Origin: Rickettsiales bacterium
GTDB taxonomy: Bacteria; Pseudomonadota; Alphaproteobacteria; Methylaequorales; Methylaequoraceae
Assembly: GCA_002691145.1 (NCBI GenBank)
Contig: NZHE01000026.1
Coordinates: 15,678 to 79,677, forward strand
Length of the DNA stretch: 64,000 nt
Direction of reading: 5' to 3'
Position 1 is the stretch's first letter; each line of letters starts with the position of its first letter. Below, in pieces: positions 29,401 to 40,425 of this stretch. A model generated the notes under the pieces. It was not told the DNA's origin, searched no databases, and saw only the letters and a list, made by a program, of their open reading frames with translations. The position numbers and the translations under genes were made by a program.

Positions 29401-29857
29401 CATATTCACCATATCCTCTTACAGTTTCCACTCTATTATAAGAATTTTTAATTAAAAAATCTTCCACCACAGATACGTCAATACCAATTTGAATTTCTAA
29501 GTAATTATTATTTAGTAATTTTAAGGGTAATACTTTAGTTAAAATAGCTTTAAAAGTTGTTAGTAAAACTATTTTTGGATGTTTAAAATTAGTAATATTC
29601 ATTAAGGAAGTTATCCTCAGATTTTTGTTAAAATCAGTTGGAGGAATATTAGAAAATAGTGGCGAATCAATTTCAGGAAATAAATATATACAATTTATTT
29701 TAAATATATTCTCACAAATTGATTTAAGTTTTAAAATCTCTGTATTGGAAGTGCCGATATAAACAAGCTTATTTTCATTTTCAGATAAATTGCTCAAAAA
29801 CCAAGGTAAAGAATCTTTGACAAGATAATAATTTTCGTCATTTAAATTGTTAGACAT
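26477..29857 (-). CDS. mfd: transcription-repair coupling factor
   Basis: 1126 aa; UvrB-homology N-terminus, superfamily-2 helicase motifs (GDVGFGKTEIAMRAAF, DEEQ) and TRG motif region. Confidence 0.95.
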   Translation of the reverse strand: MSNNLNDENYYLVKDSLPWFLSNLSENENKLVYIGTSNTEILKLKSICENIFKINCIYLFPEIDSPLFSNIPPTDFNKNLRITSLMNITNFKHPKIVLLTTFKAILTKVLPLKLLNNNYLEIQIGIDVSVVEDFLIKNSYNRVETVRGYGEYAIRGDILDIYSPGNNYPLRIDLFLSKIESIKIFDPITQLSLRKIIKKFIYPSSEIFINEESIENFRTNYRLLNLADDNEYYESISQGIKIQGYEKFLPLFYKDYSCLVSSIKDYKFIINENFKENLSKKFDDIKNDFLNYGNFSEAIFCRYIASPEEIIKGISKDMINYSHVINFNHQKKVKHFSKPINLSYKLNSEKNKNKFLQYVKNNLSLFDFLFTLKSDATKKKLMHILKDFNKNLVDLDKNKKILYEKNNIFFLKIDISNSFEIIKNKNKNILVFTESSLFEKKVFTKSRPNINPENLIEEISNLIEDEIIVHSEHGIGRFKGLKNIQLYEAIHECVEIEYYNKDILLLPVENLELISRFGSKDSIVSLDKLGSQNWQLRKALIKKKLKDIAFDLIKVAAERKLKTGQIIIPNNDNYVKFSEKFNYIETSDQLKAINDIENDLSSGVPMDRLICGDVGFGKTEIAMRAAFMVASDGQQVAFLCPTTLLVNQHYNNFKNRFEALNISIKKFSRFESLKEKKEISDFLKDNTLKVLIGTHAILSESFIFNKLGLLIIDEEQSFGVEQKEKLKKLKSNVHILTLSATPIPRTLQSSLLGIRDLSMIRTPPVDRLPIKTYVTSYNKTTIKNAIENELQREGQIFYVAPKIKDLNIIYLNLKKIFPNNSLEIAHGKLNGNVLNNVYKRFYEKKIDILISTSIIESGLDVTNVNTIIIEKPNYFGLSQLYQLRGRVGRSSKQAFAYLILPEGQLITNNAVKRIEVISKLDRLGAGFTIASHDLDIRGSGNLIGEEQSGHIKEIGIELYQKLIKDTISEIQNNKNIDDDWSPQINLGFPVFIPESYIKDLQTRLSFYRRISRINSLEKIKEILGELDDRYGTVPNELINLTKVVEIKYLSKLVNVSKITSGSKGFIISFKNNKFSGINNLLELVKKNNKTLKLRPDNKLVYLSRYKESEKKFREIKNFLILMSEIK

Positions 29858-29872
29858 AGTACAATTAACAAT

Positions 29873-30130
29873 TTAATTATTGATGTTTTTTAAACGATTA
29901 AATGTTTTGTTATCAAGATTACTCGGCAATGTTTTTTTTTCTAAAATAAAATCCAATAGCTCCAAATCTGGTATATCTAATAACTCATTAAGTTCATGGA
30001 GATCTTGCTCAGTTAAATTTTCAAAAAATTTTTGAGAGAATTTTTCAAATAACATATCCAATTCTTTTACGCCTCTATACTTTAATCTATAAAGAATTTT
30101 CTTTTTTTTTGTTAAGTTTTTAATATTCAT
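29873..30130 (-). CDS. sdhE: succinate dehydrogenase flavinylation/assembly factor SdhE (DUF339)
   Basis: 85 aa with an RGxxE motif (YRGVKELD). Conserved alphaproteobacterial position between mfd and recG. Confidence 0.55.
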   Translation of the reverse strand: MNIKNLTKKKKILYRLKYRGVKELDMLFEKFSQKFFENLTEQDLHELNELLDIPDLELLDFILEKKTLPSNLDNKTFNRLKNINN

Positions 30131-30179
30131 TTGTTAAATTTAAATATTTTTAATAGTAATCTATAATATAAAGAATAAA

Positions 30180-32264
30180 ATGTATAAAAAAAATAGTCAA
30201 AAATATGAGATTTTTGATGAATTCTCTAGTATCAATAGCAAAAAAAGTCAATTTATAAAGAAAATTGAAGAACTTTTTGGAAAACGGATTATAGATTTAT
30301 TCATGCATTATCCAAAAGAATTTATCAAAAGAAAACTTATCAACGAAAAAGTAACATCTCAGCATATGGTAAGTTACAATTTAGTTTCACTAGATTTAAA
30401 GGTTTTAGAAATAAAGTTTTCATATAACAAAAGAATGCCAACTAAGATTATTACAAGAAATAATTCAGAACAAATTTTTAATATACTTTATTTCAACACT
30501 TCTACAAGAATAATAAATAGTATATATAGTCTTGGTAAAATATATAGGATTACTGGTAATTTACAAGATTTTTTAACGCATTTTCAAATAATTCATCCAG
30601 AAAGTGTTTTAAAAGAAGAAAGTTTTGAAAAATTTGAATCTATTGAGCCTATCTATAACTTGGGAAAAAGCTCAATTAATAAAAAAAAATTTAGAAAATT
30701 GATACTCAATAATCGTAAATTTATAAAATTATTGTCAACTCCAGTTGAGTGGATTGATAAGAATTTGATTAATCAAAATAAATGGTTTGATTTTAAAAAA
30801 TCCTTGTACAGAATACACTTCCCTAATAATGAACAAAGCGAAAAATTCAGGAGAAGACTTGCCTTTGATGAAATATTATCAAATTTTTTAGTAATTTCAA
30901 AATTAAAGAAAAGCAAGGTTAGTAAGAAATATTATAAAATAAATAATTTTGAAAATTCAGAAAAAATAATGAGTAATTTAGACTTTAAGCTAACTAAATG
31001 TCAAAAAAATGCAATTTTTAACATAAGGAATGATTTAAACTCAAAAAGAATGTTTAGATTAATTCAAGGAGATGTTGGATCAGGAAAAACAATTGTATCT
31101 GCCTTGATAACAGCAGACATAATTAACTCTGGATTTCAAGTTGCAATCATGGTTCCAACTGATGTTCTTGCCAATCAACATTTTTATTATTTTAAAAAAC
31201 TGTTTAATAAAATAAACTTAAGCATTTCATTACTGACAGGCAAATTGTCTATCAAAGAGAAAAATAATATATATAATAAATTAGAATTAGGTAAGATCAA
31301 TCTATTAATCGGAACTCAATCACTTTTCAATAAAGATATAATTTTTAATTCTTTGGGATTGATTGTTATTGACGAACAACATAAGTTTGGAGTAAATCAA
31401 AGACTTAATCTCCAAAAAAAAAATCCAAATTCTCATATTTTGATAATGTCAGCAACTCCTATTCCGAGGAGTTTGACATTTGCAATATATGGAGAAATTG
31501 ATGTATCAGTAATAAAAAACAAACCGCCAGGAAGGCAAGAAATTAAAACAATTGTGATTAGTAATGATAAAATTGAAGATTTAATACAGGGGCTAAAAAG
31601 AAAAATTTATAAAAACGAAAAGATTTTTTGGGTTGTTCCTGAAATTGGAAAAGATGAAATAAACCCAAAAAAACAAAATATTATTTCAAGAAGGAGATTT
31701 CTTCAAAAATACTTCGGGCAACAAATGGCTTGTATTCACGGAAAAATGAAAAAAAATGAAATTAATGAAATTATAGAAAAGTTTAGAAATGAAAATATCA
31801 TGATTTTGTTGTCTACCAGTCTTATCGAGGTCGGTATCGACATACCAAAGGCTAGCGCAATTATAATTGAACATGCGGATAAATTTGGTTTAGCACAACT
31901 ACATCAGTTAAGAGGAAGAGTTGGAAGAGGAAAAATAAAATCTGATTGCATTCTTTTACATCACAATGATTTGAGTGATAGAGGTTTACAAAGACTAGTT
32001 GTAATGAAAAATTCTAACGATGGTTTTTTTATAGCTGAGCAAGATTTATTAATAAGAGGTTCGGGAGAAATTTTTGGAATAAAACAAACTGGGCTTCCAA
32101 GTTGGAAATTTTTCAATCCTTACAAGGATATGGATTTTTTAGAGGATGTTAGATTACATAGTAAGAAAATGGCCCCGGATAACTTTACAAACAAAAAGCA
32201 AAAAGATTTTTTAACATCAATATTCTTCCAAAACAAACAAATTGAAAATTATTTTACAGGATAA
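30180..32264 (+). CDS. recG: ATP-dependent DNA helicase RecG
   Basis: 694 aa; wedge domain and helicase motifs GDVGSGKT, DEQHKFGV, QLRGRVGRG. Confidence 0.95.
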   Translation: MYKKNSQKYEIFDEFSSINSKKSQFIKKIEELFGKRIIDLFMHYPKEFIKRKLINEKVTSQHMVSYNLVSLDLKVLEIKFSYNKRMPTKIITRNNSEQIFNILYFNTSTRIINSIYSLGKIYRITGNLQDFLTHFQIIHPESVLKEESFEKFESIEPIYNLGKSSINKKKFRKLILNNRKFIKLLSTPVEWIDKNLINQNKWFDFKKSLYRIHFPNNEQSEKFRRRLAFDEILSNFLVISKLKKSKVSKKYYKINNFENSEKIMSNLDFKLTKCQKNAIFNIRNDLNSKRMFRLIQGDVGSGKTIVSALITADIINSGFQVAIMVPTDVLANQHFYYFKKLFNKINLSISLLTGKLSIKEKNNIYNKLELGKINLLIGTQSLFNKDIIFNSLGLIVIDEQHKFGVNQRLNLQKKNPNSHILIMSATPIPRSLTFAIYGEIDVSVIKNKPPGRQEIKTIVISNDKIEDLIQGLKRKIYKNEKIFWVVPEIGKDEINPKKQNIISRRRFLQKYFGQQMACIHGKMKKNEINEIIEKFRNENIMILLSTSLIEVGIDIPKASAIIIEHADKFGLAQLHQLRGRVGRGKIKSDCILLHHNDLSDRGLQRLVVMKNSNDGFFIAEQDLLIRGSGEIFGIKQTGLPSWKFFNPYKDMDFLEDVRLHSKKMAPDNFTNKKQKDFLTSIFFQNKQIENYFTG

Positions 32265-32908
32265 GACGGGTTAGGCGGAATAATGCCTGCTGAAACAATA
32301 GTCTTAATTGCATCATCTACTTTTACATCAAGATATTTGAGTTCTTTTTCGGGAACCATTAACAAAAAACCAGATGTTGGATTAGGTGTTGTTGGAACAA
32401 AGACATTTACAAGTTTCTGTCTATTCTTCTTTTTTATATCACCACTACATGGACCAGTTGTAAAACCAATAATCCATAAACCTTTTCGAGGATATTCAAT
32501 CATTACAACTTTTCGAAAAGATTTTGATTGCCTTTCATCTAACACTGTTTCAAGTATTTGTTTTATTGACTTATAAAAAACTTTTATAAATGGGATGTTT
32601 TGGATAACAATTTCTGCTTTTTTAACAATCCATTTGCCAAATATATTAGCGGTAAGAAATCCAATAAGAATCAAAAATGTAATTAGTACTATTAGTCCAA
32701 GACCAGGAACTTCGGTTGGCAAGTAATTATTCGGGTTGAATGTGTTAGGTATAAAAGGGGTAACAATTTTATCAAAAATATTGACTAAGCTTACTACGAT
32801 CCAAACTGTAATTACGACAGGGGCTGTCACTACAATGCCTGTAAAAAAATAACTTCTTATTTTTAAAGCAATAATTTTTATAGGTATATTTTTATCATTA
32901 TTAGTCAT
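32249..32908 (-). CDS. DUF502 family membrane protein
   Basis: 219 aa; N-terminal TM pair, then the conserved DUF502 (COG2928) region. Confidence 0.55.
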   Translation of the reverse strand: MTNNDKNIPIKIIALKIRSYFFTGIVVTAPVVITVWIVVSLVNIFDKIVTPFIPNTFNPNNYLPTEVPGLGLIVLITFLILIGFLTANIFGKWIVKKAEIVIQNIPFIKVFYKSIKQILETVLDERQSKSFRKVVMIEYPRKGLWIIGFTTGPCSGDIKKKNRQKLVNVFVPTTPNPTSGFLLMVPEKELKYLDVKVDDAIKTIVSAGIIPPNPSYPVK

Positions 32909-32915
32909 AATAATT

Positions 32916-32991
32916 TGGTACGCCGGATGAGGCTCGAACTCATGACAGCTCCCTTAAAAGGGGAGTGCTCTACCAACTGAGCTACCGGCGC
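32916..32991 (-). tRNA. tRNA-Lys (anticodon TTT)
   Basis: The reverse complement folds as a cloverleaf: GCGCCGG acceptor, GTAGCTCAGTTGGTAGAGC D-arm, CTCCC-CTTTTAA-GGGAG anticodon arm (UUU), GTTCGAGCC T-arm, CCA end. Confidence 0.85.
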
Positions 32992-33041
32992 ATATTGAAA
33001 GATATAAAAGAGAAATAACAAATTATCAATAAAAAAAAAAG

Positions 33042-33590
33042 TTAATTTTTGGTTCTCATAGAAATAATTTTAGTCGGATTAGATAAAACTTCTCCATTAT
33101 TTCCTTTTCCACCCGGTATTCTGTCAATTAAATGCATTCCCTCAATAACTTTGCCAAATGCAGTATATTGCCCGTCTAAAAATTCATGTTTGTCATAACA
33201 TATGAAAAACTGGCTATCTGCTGAATCAGGTTCTTGTGCACGAGCCATTGAAATAATACCTCTTTCATGTTTTAATTCGTTAAATTCTGCTTTTAAATTT
33301 TTACCGCTGCCTCCTGTTCCATCCCCATTAGGATCCCCTCCTTGAGCCATAAATCCTTTTATGACCCTGTGAAACGTTAGACCGTCGTAAAATCCTTTAT
33401 TTGAAAGCTCTACTATTCTTTTAACAGTATTTGGAGCATATTTGGGGTATGTTTCTATTTTAACAACCCCTGTTTCTAAGATCATAAGAATCAACGGTTT
33501 ATCATTTACGTTAGCAGAAGCATCAGAGCTGAAAATTTTTAAAAAAATAGCAATAGTTGTTAAAAAATTTAAATTCTTAAGATTTTTCAT
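33042..33590 (-). CDS. ppiA: peptidyl-prolyl cis-trans isomerase, cyclophilin type, secreted
   Basis: 182 aa; signal peptide plus cyclophilin motifs (FHRVIKGFMAQGGDP, GTGG). Confidence 0.85.
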   Translation of the reverse strand: MKNLKNLNFLTTIAIFLKIFSSDASANVNDKPLILMILETGVVKIETYPKYAPNTVKRIVELSNKGFYDGLTFHRVIKGFMAQGGDPNGDGTGGSGKNLKAEFNELKHERGIISMARAQEPDSADSQFFICYDKHEFLDGQYTAFGKVIEGMHLIDRIPGGKGNNGEVLSNPTKIISMRTKN

Positions 33591-34104
33591 GATTTTCCTT
33601 CCTTTTTAATTTTTTATTAAGTTTTCCAATAACATTTTTGGGAACAAATGGTTCAATATTCCCTCTATGAAAAGCAACTTCTTTTACAAATCTAGCTGAA
33701 GTTAATTGTAAATTCTCAGAAGCCATAAGAAAAATCGTTTCAATTTCAGGACATAACTTAGCATTCATTCCTGCCATTTGAAACTCATACTCAAAATCTG
33801 CTACCGCTCTCAAACCTCTGATTATAACTTGAGCATTAGATCTTTTTGCATGTTCAACCAATAAATCATCAAAGCCCACAACTAGAATTTCACAATCTTT
33901 TTTAACTAACTCGGTTAAGGATTCATTAATCATAGAAATTCTCTCTCTTAAGGAAAAAATCGGGGTTTTGTTTTGATTTTTCGCTACACTTATTATCAAT
34001 TTTTCTACTATGTGCGTTGCTCTAGTTACAATATCAAGGTGTCCAAAGGTAAAAGGGTCAAAAGTACCTGGATAAATTCCAATTATTTTTTTTTTACTGC
34101 TCAT
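33577..34104 (-). CDS. coaD: phosphopantetheine adenylyltransferase
   Basis: 175 aa; [19 protein letters not shown] nucleotidyltransferase motif. Confidence 0.9.
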   Translation of the reverse strand: MSSKKKIIGIYPGTFDPFTFGHLDIVTRATHIVEKLIISVAKNQNKTPIFSLRERISMINESLTELVKKDCEILVVGFDDLLVEHAKRSNAQVIIRGLRAVADFEYEFQMAGMNAKLCPEIETIFLMASENLQLTSARFVKEVAFHRGNIEPFVPKNVIGKLNKKLKRKENHEKS

Positions 34105-36745
34105 TTTCTTCTAATTTAGCAACAGATACAACTTTCTCATTTTCAGATACATTTAATAAAGTAACACCCTGAGTCTGTCTGCCAGCAATTCTTACACCAT
34201 TAACTGGGCAACGTATTAACTTACCCTTATCTGTCACTAACATTAACTGATCAGTATTTTTTATCGGAAATGATGCCACAATCTCTTCGCCATTTCTTGG
34301 AGTAAGTTGCATATTGGCTATCCCCATACCCCCTCTTTTAGTAACTCTATATTCATAAGCTGAACTTCTCTTTCCAAAACCTTTGTCAGTAATGCTTACA
34401 ATGAATTGTTCCTCATCTTTGAAAGATTTCAGTTTTTCTTTATTTAGATTTATAGAAATTTTTTCTTTTTTTCTCTCAGCATTAGAAAATTTCAAGTAAT
34501 TATCCCTTTCAGATGTATCAAAATTAATATTCTTTAAAATAGCAAGAGAAATTACAGAATCCCTATTCTGAAGTCTTATTCCTCTTACCCCGACAGAGGT
34601 CCTTCCTGAAAATAAACGAACATCTTTTCCTAAAAATCTAATACATTTTCCAAGCTTTGTGGAAATAAAAATATGTGATTTTTCTGAACAAGTAATTACG
34701 TTTATTAGTTTATCATCCTCTATCAACTTCATTGCAATTTTTCCATTAGCATTAATATTATGAAAATCAGTAAGTTTATTTCTTCGAATATTTCCCTTTG
34801 CAGTTGCAAATACAATGTTGTTATTATTATCATCAGATACATACGGCATAATAGTGGTTATTTTTTCATCTGATTGTAATGGTAAAAGATTGATTAATGC
34901 TTTTCCTCTGGATTGAGGATTACCTATTGGTAATTTGTAAGCTTTTAACTTATAGACAATACCTCTTGAAGAAAAAAACAAAAGCGCAGATAAAGTATTT
35001 ACTACAAACACCTCATTAACAAAATCTTCCTCTCTAGTTGCCATACCTGCTCTTCCTTTTCCGCCCCTTCGTTGAGATCTATATGTTGATAAAGGCACTC
35101 TTTTGACATAGCCTTTATGTGTAACAGTAACAACTACTTCCTCTGAGGATATAAGGGATTCGTCATCAATATCGTCTTCATGCTCAGATATTTGGGTCAT
35201 TCTTTCACCAGATAATTTTTCTCTAATTGATTTTAATTCATTTATTAAGACATTATTGAGTTTTTCCGAAGATGATAATATTTCTAAATACTCCGTTATT
35301 AAATTATTACATTCATTAAGATCATCCGAGATCTTGTTCCTTTCCAAATTTGTAAGTTTGCTCAGTCTAATTTCAAGAATAGATTTTGCTTGTCTTTCAG
35401 AAAGCATATACTTGTCATCAATGACTGGATGTTCAGGATCATTAATTATTTTTATTAAATCCTTGACCTCTGCAACCGACCATTTTTTTTCTAATAATTT
35501 ATTTTTTGCTTCATTTGTATCTTGAGAATTTTTTATTAATTCAATCATTTCATCAATATTTTCTAAAGCAATTGATAGACCACATAAAATATGAGCCCTT
35601 TCTCTTGTTTTATCTAAGTGAAATTTAGTTCTTTTAAAAATTAAATCTTTTCTGAACTCAATAAAGTATTTAATTGCTTTTTTTAGAGTTAAAATTTGGG
35701 GTATCCCATTATGAAGTGCTAACATATTTATCCCAAAAGATGTTTGCAAAGATGTATACCTATACAGTTGATTAATGATTACTTCAGATTGAATATCTTT
35801 TTTTAGGTCAATGACTATTCTTACCCCTTCTCTGTTGGACTCATCTCTTAACTCGGAGATACCTTCAATCGTCTTTTCTCTTGCTACCTTTGCAATACTT
35901 TCAATTAATTGAGATTTTTTTATTGAAAAAGGGATCTCGGTGATGACTATAGAATCTCTTGATTTTTTATTATTTTCAATGTTAAGCTTGCCTCTGATAA
36001 GAATTGAGCCTTTTCCAGTTAAATAAGCTTGCCTCAAACCACTTTTTCCCATAATAATTCCTCCTGTAGGAAAGTCAGGACCTTTTATAATTTCAAATAA
36101 CTCATCATCTTTTATTTCTGGATTAAGAACAAATTTACAGCATGCAGAAATAATTTCATTTGGACAATGAGGTGGAATCTTTGTTGCCATCCCAACAGCT
36201 ATGCCCTCAGAGCCGTTAATTAATAAATTAGGAAACTCAGCTGGTAAAAGTTCAGGTTCTTTAGCAGTTCCATCATAATTATCTTTAAAAGCCACAGTAT
36301 TAAAATTTATATCATTCGTTAAAAAGGAAGCTACTTCAGATAGCTTTGCCTCTGTATACCTCATTGCAGCAGCAGAATCCCCATCCATTGAACCGAAGTT
36401 ACCTTGCCCCTTAATTAAGGGCACACGCATATTAAATTCCTGAGCCAATCTCACCATTGCATCATAAATTGCTGAGTCCCCATGCGGATGATACTTACCC
36501 ATTACATCACCAACAATTCTTGCAGATTTTCTTGTTGGTTTATTAAACACATAACCAGCCTCGTTCATTGCGTATATAATTCTTCTATGAACAGGCTTCA
36601 AACCATCGCATACATCAGGAAGTGCTCTAGATACAATTACACTCATTGCATAATCGAGAAACGAACTCTTCATTTCTTTTTCAATATTAATAGTTTTAAT
36701 ATTTTTTGATTGTTCTAAATTTTCTGGTGAGCTGTCGTCAATCAT
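34094..36745 (-). CDS. gyrA: DNA gyrase subunit A
   Basis: 883 aa; the [14 protein letters not shown]...RRI active-site region and the GyrA box QRRGGKG ([12 protein letters not shown]) distinguish it from ParC. Confidence 0.9.
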   Translation of the reverse strand: MIDDSSPENLEQSKNIKTINIEKEMKSSFLDYAMSVIVSRALPDVCDGLKPVHRRIIYAMNEAGYVFNKPTRKSARIVGDVMGKYHPHGDSAIYDAMVRLAQEFNMRVPLIKGQGNFGSMDGDSAAAMRYTEAKLSEVASFLTNDINFNTVAFKDNYDGTAKEPELLPAEFPNLLINGSEGIAVGMATKIPPHCPNEIISACCKFVLNPEIKDDELFEIIKGPDFPTGGIIMGKSGLRQAYLTGKGSILIRGKLNIENNKKSRDSIVITEIPFSIKKSQLIESIAKVAREKTIEGISELRDESNREGVRIVIDLKKDIQSEVIINQLYRYTSLQTSFGINMLALHNGIPQILTLKKAIKYFIEFRKDLIFKRTKFHLDKTRERAHILCGLSIALENIDEMIELIKNSQDTNEAKNKLLEKKWSVAEVKDLIKIINDPEHPVIDDKYMLSERQAKSILEIRLSKLTNLERNKISDDLNECNNLITEYLEILSSSEKLNNVLINELKSIREKLSGERMTQISEHEDDIDDESLISSEEVVVTVTHKGYVKRVPLSTYRSQRRGGKGRAGMATREEDFVNEVFVVNTLSALLFFSSRGIVYKLKAYKLPIGNPQSRGKALINLLPLQSDEKITTIMPYVSDDNNNNIVFATAKGNIRRNKLTDFHNINANGKIAMKLIEDDKLINVITCSEKSHIFISTKLGKCIRFLGKDVRLFSGRTSVGVRGIRLQNRDSVISLAILKNINFDTSERDNYLKFSNAERKKEKISINLNKEKLKSFKDEEQFIVSITDKGFGKRSSAYEYRVTKRGGMGIANMQLTPRNGEEIVASFPIKNTDQLMLVTDKGKLIRCPVNGVRIAGRQTQGVTLLNVSENEKVVSVAKLEENEQ

Positions 36746-36757
36746 TTACACAAACAA

Positions 36758-37231
36758 TTAAAAAGGAATTTCATCTTCTATTTCCAAGTTTCTTGATTCA
36801 GGATTGTCTGTATTTTTGTTTGTAGCTCCAACTTTATTATTATCAGAAAAAGATGAATTAATAATTTCGTTATTTTCTGACCTATTATCAAGCATCGTTA
36901 AAGTTGAGTTGAAGTTTTGCAAAACGATTTCAGTAGTGTATTTTTCAACGCCTGCCTGATCGGTAAATTTTCTTGTTTGAATTTGGCCCTCGAGATAAAC
37001 TTTTGAACCTTTTTTAAGATATTTTTCTGCAATTTCTGCTAAACCATTAGAAAAGATTACCACCCTATGCCATTCTGTTTTCTCTTTTCTTTCATTTGTA
37101 GATTTATCTTTCCAACTATCTGAAGTAGCAAGAGATAATCTTACAATTTTATTTCCATCCTGAGAAAGTCTTACTTCTGGATCATTTCCAAGTCTTCCTA
37201 TCAAAATTGCTTTATTTACAGAGCTCGCCAT
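36758..37231 (-). CDS. ssb: single-stranded DNA-binding protein
   Basis: 157 aa; OB-fold N-terminus and acidic C-terminal tail ...EDEIPF. Confidence 0.9.
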   Translation of the reverse strand: MASSVNKAILIGRLGNDPEVRLSQDGNKIVRLSLATSDSWKDKSTNERKEKTEWHRVVIFSNGLAEIAEKYLKKGSKVYLEGQIQTRKFTDQAGVEKYTTEIVLQNFNSTLTMLDNRSENNEIINSSFSDNNKVGATNKNTDNPESRNLEIEDEIPF

Positions 37232-37296
37232 TATATTTTCAATAAAAATGAATAGTATATTAAATCATATTTACAATATCAATAACATACTTTAAT

Positions 37297-40158
37297 TTGA
37301 TTCTTCATAGAAAAATGTCAAAAAAAAAAAATATTAATCAATCTGTAGATTTTATTAAAATTGTGGGCGCAAGACAACACAATTTAAAAAATATTTCGAT
37401 CAATATACCAAGGAATAAATTAGTTGTAATAACTGGATTATCAGGTTCAGGAAAATCATCATTAGCATTTGACACTATTTATGCTGAAGGTCAAAGAAGA
37501 TATGTAGAAAGCTTATCTTCCTATGCCAGACAATTTCTTGATATGATGGAAAAACCAGACGTTGATTTAATTGAGGGGTTGTCTCCGTCAATATCAATAG
37601 AACAGAAATCAACATCAAAAAATCCAAGGTCAACTGTTGGAACAGTAACAGAGATATATGATTATCTGCGTTTACTTTTTGCACGAGTGGGTACTCCATT
37701 TTCCCCTAAAACTGGATTGGAGATAAAAGCATTGTCAACCGGAGAAATTGTTGATCAAATTTTAGAACTAAATAACGGTAATAAGTTTCTTTTACTATCC
37801 CCAATAGTAAAAAATCGAAAAGGAGAATATAAAAAAGAATTAGATGAATATCAAAAAAAAGGATTCGTTCGATTTAGAATTAATGAAAAAGTTTACACTA
37901 ATGATGAGTTTCCAAAATTAGATAAAAATAAAAAAAATTCAATTGAGGTAGTTGTTGATCGACTAAAAGTTGATAATAAATTCAAGTCAAGAATCACAGA
38001 TTCCGTCCAGACAGCACTCCAAATATCTGATGGCGTTACATATATATATGAAATAGAAAATAAACAAAAAATAGTTTATTCATCAAAATTTTCGTGTCCA
38101 GAAACTGGTTTTACGATTGAAGACATAGAACCGAGGTTATTTTCTTTTAATAGTCCAAATGGTGCTTGCTCGGAATGTGATGGACTTGGATATAAAGAGA
38201 ATTTTGATGAAAATTTAATAATCGGAGATACTGACCTGTCACTGGAAGATGGCGTTATAATTCCGTGGAATAAAAAAAATAATACTTTCTACAATGAATT
38301 AATAAAAGATGTTGCCAATCATTTTAAAATTAATAAAAAAACAAAATGGCGGGAACTTAGTGAAGATGTAAAAAAAGGAATAATATACGGAAGTGGTAAA
38401 CTAATAAAAGTAAGTTTTTCCTACTACAGAGATAACTTTTTAAAAGAGAAAGTATACGATGGGGTTATTGGTTTTTTAGAAAAAAAACTTGCTAAATCTG
38501 ATTTATGGCAAAGGGAAGAATTATCAAAGTATTTAAATAAATTTATGTGTGAAAAGTGCAAAGGTGCAAGGTTAAAACTTGAGGCGCTTTCAATTAAAAT
38601 AAATGGTAAAACAATATTTGATGTAACACAGCAATCTATATCTGAATCATTGATCTGGTTTAAAAGTATTCAAAAAGAATTTTCAGATACTCAGAAACAG
38701 ATAAGTGAGAGAATTATTAAAGAGATAGAAAATAGACTTACTTTCTTAGAGGATGTTGGGTTAGGTTACTTAAATTTATCTAGAAGTTCAACGACTTTGT
38801 CAGGAGGAGAAAGTCAAAGAATTAGACTCGCTTCTCAAATTGGGTCTGGTTTAACAGGAGTTTTGTATGTTTTAGATGAACCATCAATTGGGCTTCATCA
38901 AAAGGATAATAAAAAACTGATAAAAACACTAAAAAAGTTAAGAAATCTTGGAAATACAGTTATTGTAGTAGAACATGATGAAGAAACAATGATTTCGGCT
39001 GATTACCTTATAGATATTGGTATAGGAGCAGGAGTAAATGGTGGTAGTATAATTGCTCATGGTAAGCCTGAAAAAGTCAAAAGCAATAAAAAAAGTTTAA
39101 CAGCCAAGTATTTGTCAAAGAAAGCAGAAAAAATTATGTTGAAATATCAGGATGAACAAAATTTTAATAACTTTCTTTCAGTTGAGGGCGCATGCGGAAA
39201 TAATCTAAAAAACATTAATGTAAAGTTTCCTTTAAATAAATTTATATCAGTAACTGGGATTTCTGGTGGAGGAAAATCAACTTTAGTAATTGAAACGCTG
39301 TATAAGGCTCTTTCAAAACAAATAAATAAGTCTAAGGAAAGACCTTTAAAATATTGTAAAATTGATGGTTATCAGCATATAGATAAAATTATTAAAATCG
39401 ATCAGAATCCAATAGGAAAAACCCCAAGATCTAATCCCGCCACATATACTGGTTGTTTTACGTTTATAAGAGATTGGTATGCTAATTTACCAGAAGCAAA
39501 AGTAAGAGGTTATCAGCCAGGTAGATTTTCATTTAATGTAAAAGGAGGTAGATGCGAAAACTGTCAAGGAGATGGAATGATTAGAATTGAAATGCATTTT
39601 TTATCGGATGTTTTTGTAAAATGTGAATTGTGCAATGGTAAGAGATTCAACAGAGAAACTCTTGAAGTTAAATTTAAAAATAAAAGTATAGCTGATGTCC
39701 TTGACATGACTGTAAATGAGGGACTGACTTTTTTTAAAGCGATTCCATCAATTAGTAGTAAGTTGAAACTATTACAAGAAGTTGGTTTGGATTATATAAA
39801 GATAGGTCAATCTGCTACCACCTTATCCGGTGGTGAAGCTCAAAGAATAAAGTTGTCTAAAGAACTTTCAAAAAGGGCAACTGGAAAAACCTTATATATT
39901 CTCGATGAACCAACAACAGGTCTTCATTCTCATGATGTGCAAAATCTTTTGAAAGTACTGCATAAACTAGTTGAGAAAGGAAATACAGTTGTTGTGATTG
40001 AACATAATTTAGATGTTATTCAAACATCAGATTGGGTGATTGAACTTGGTCCTGAGGGGGGAGAGAAAGGTGGGCATTTAATTCATCAAGGAAACATTCA
40101 AAATTTACTCAAAGTCAAAAACAACCCTACAGCTGAATGTTTAAGGGAAATAATGTAG
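37297..40158 (+). CDS. uvrA: excinuclease ABC subunit A
   Basis: 953 aa; duplicated ABC ATPase modules and zinc-finger CxxC motifs. Confidence 0.95.
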   Translation: MILHRKMSKKKNINQSVDFIKIVGARQHNLKNISINIPRNKLVVITGLSGSGKSSLAFDTIYAEGQRRYVESLSSYARQFLDMMEKPDVDLIEGLSPSISIEQKSTSKNPRSTVGTVTEIYDYLRLLFARVGTPFSPKTGLEIKALSTGEIVDQILELNNGNKFLLLSPIVKNRKGEYKKELDEYQKKGFVRFRINEKVYTNDEFPKLDKNKKNSIEVVVDRLKVDNKFKSRITDSVQTALQISDGVTYIYEIENKQKIVYSSKFSCPETGFTIEDIEPRLFSFNSPNGACSECDGLGYKENFDENLIIGDTDLSLEDGVIIPWNKKNNTFYNELIKDVANHFKINKKTKWRELSEDVKKGIIYGSGKLIKVSFSYYRDNFLKEKVYDGVIGFLEKKLAKSDLWQREELSKYLNKFMCEKCKGARLKLEALSIKINGKTIFDVTQQSISESLIWFKSIQKEFSDTQKQISERIIKEIENRLTFLEDVGLGYLNLSRSSTTLSGGESQRIRLASQIGSGLTGVLYVLDEPSIGLHQKDNKKLIKTLKKLRNLGNTVIVVEHDEETMISADYLIDIGIGAGVNGGSIIAHGKPEKVKSNKKSLTAKYLSKKAEKIMLKYQDEQNFNNFLSVEGACGNNLKNINVKFPLNKFISVTGISGGGKSTLVIETLYKALSKQINKSKERPLKYCKIDGYQHIDKIIKIDQNPIGKTPRSNPATYTGCFTFIRDWYANLPEAKVRGYQPGRFSFNVKGGRCENCQGDGMIRIEMHFLSDVFVKCELCNGKRFNRETLEVKFKNKSIADVLDMTVNEGLTFFKAIPSISSKLKLLQEVGLDYIKIGQSATTLSGGEAQRIKLSKELSKRATGKTLYILDEPTTGLHSHDVQNLLKVLHKLVEKGNTVVVIEHNLDVIQTSDWVIELGPEGGEKGGHLIHQGNIQNLLKVKNNPTAECLREIM

Positions 40159-40425
40159 TTAATTTTTTTTTTTTAATCTAGCCCTTGCTGAAACGATAAT
40201 TGGGTGTTCATCAGCCGATTCATTTACAGCTTTGTTTTTTTCATTCTTTGTTGATGAATCTTTTGAACTAGTTTGAATTTCTTTAACGAAATCTTTGATA
40301 ATCATAAAAATTGATAAATAAAATAATATAAACGCAAACAAGAAAAAGGAAAAATTTAAAAATAATCCTAATGCAAATGACAATATACAAAACACAATAA
40401 TCAGATTTAGTTTGATATTTTTCAT
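40159..40425 (-). CDS. hypothetical small membrane protein
   Basis: 88 aa with two hydrophobic helices and a Lys-rich C-terminus. Confidence 0.3.
   Translation of the reverse strand: MKNIKLNLIIVFCILSFALGLFLNFSFFLFAFILFYLSIFMIIKDFVKEIQTSSKDSSTKNEKNKAVNESADEHPIIVSARARLKKKN

Noticed and set aside
37232-37296. LexA/SOS box between divergent ssb and uvrA
   Set aside because: No GTTC-N7-GTTC / GAAC-N7-GAAC alphaproteobacterial SOS motif, and no CTGT-N8-ACAG; nothing palindromic of note.
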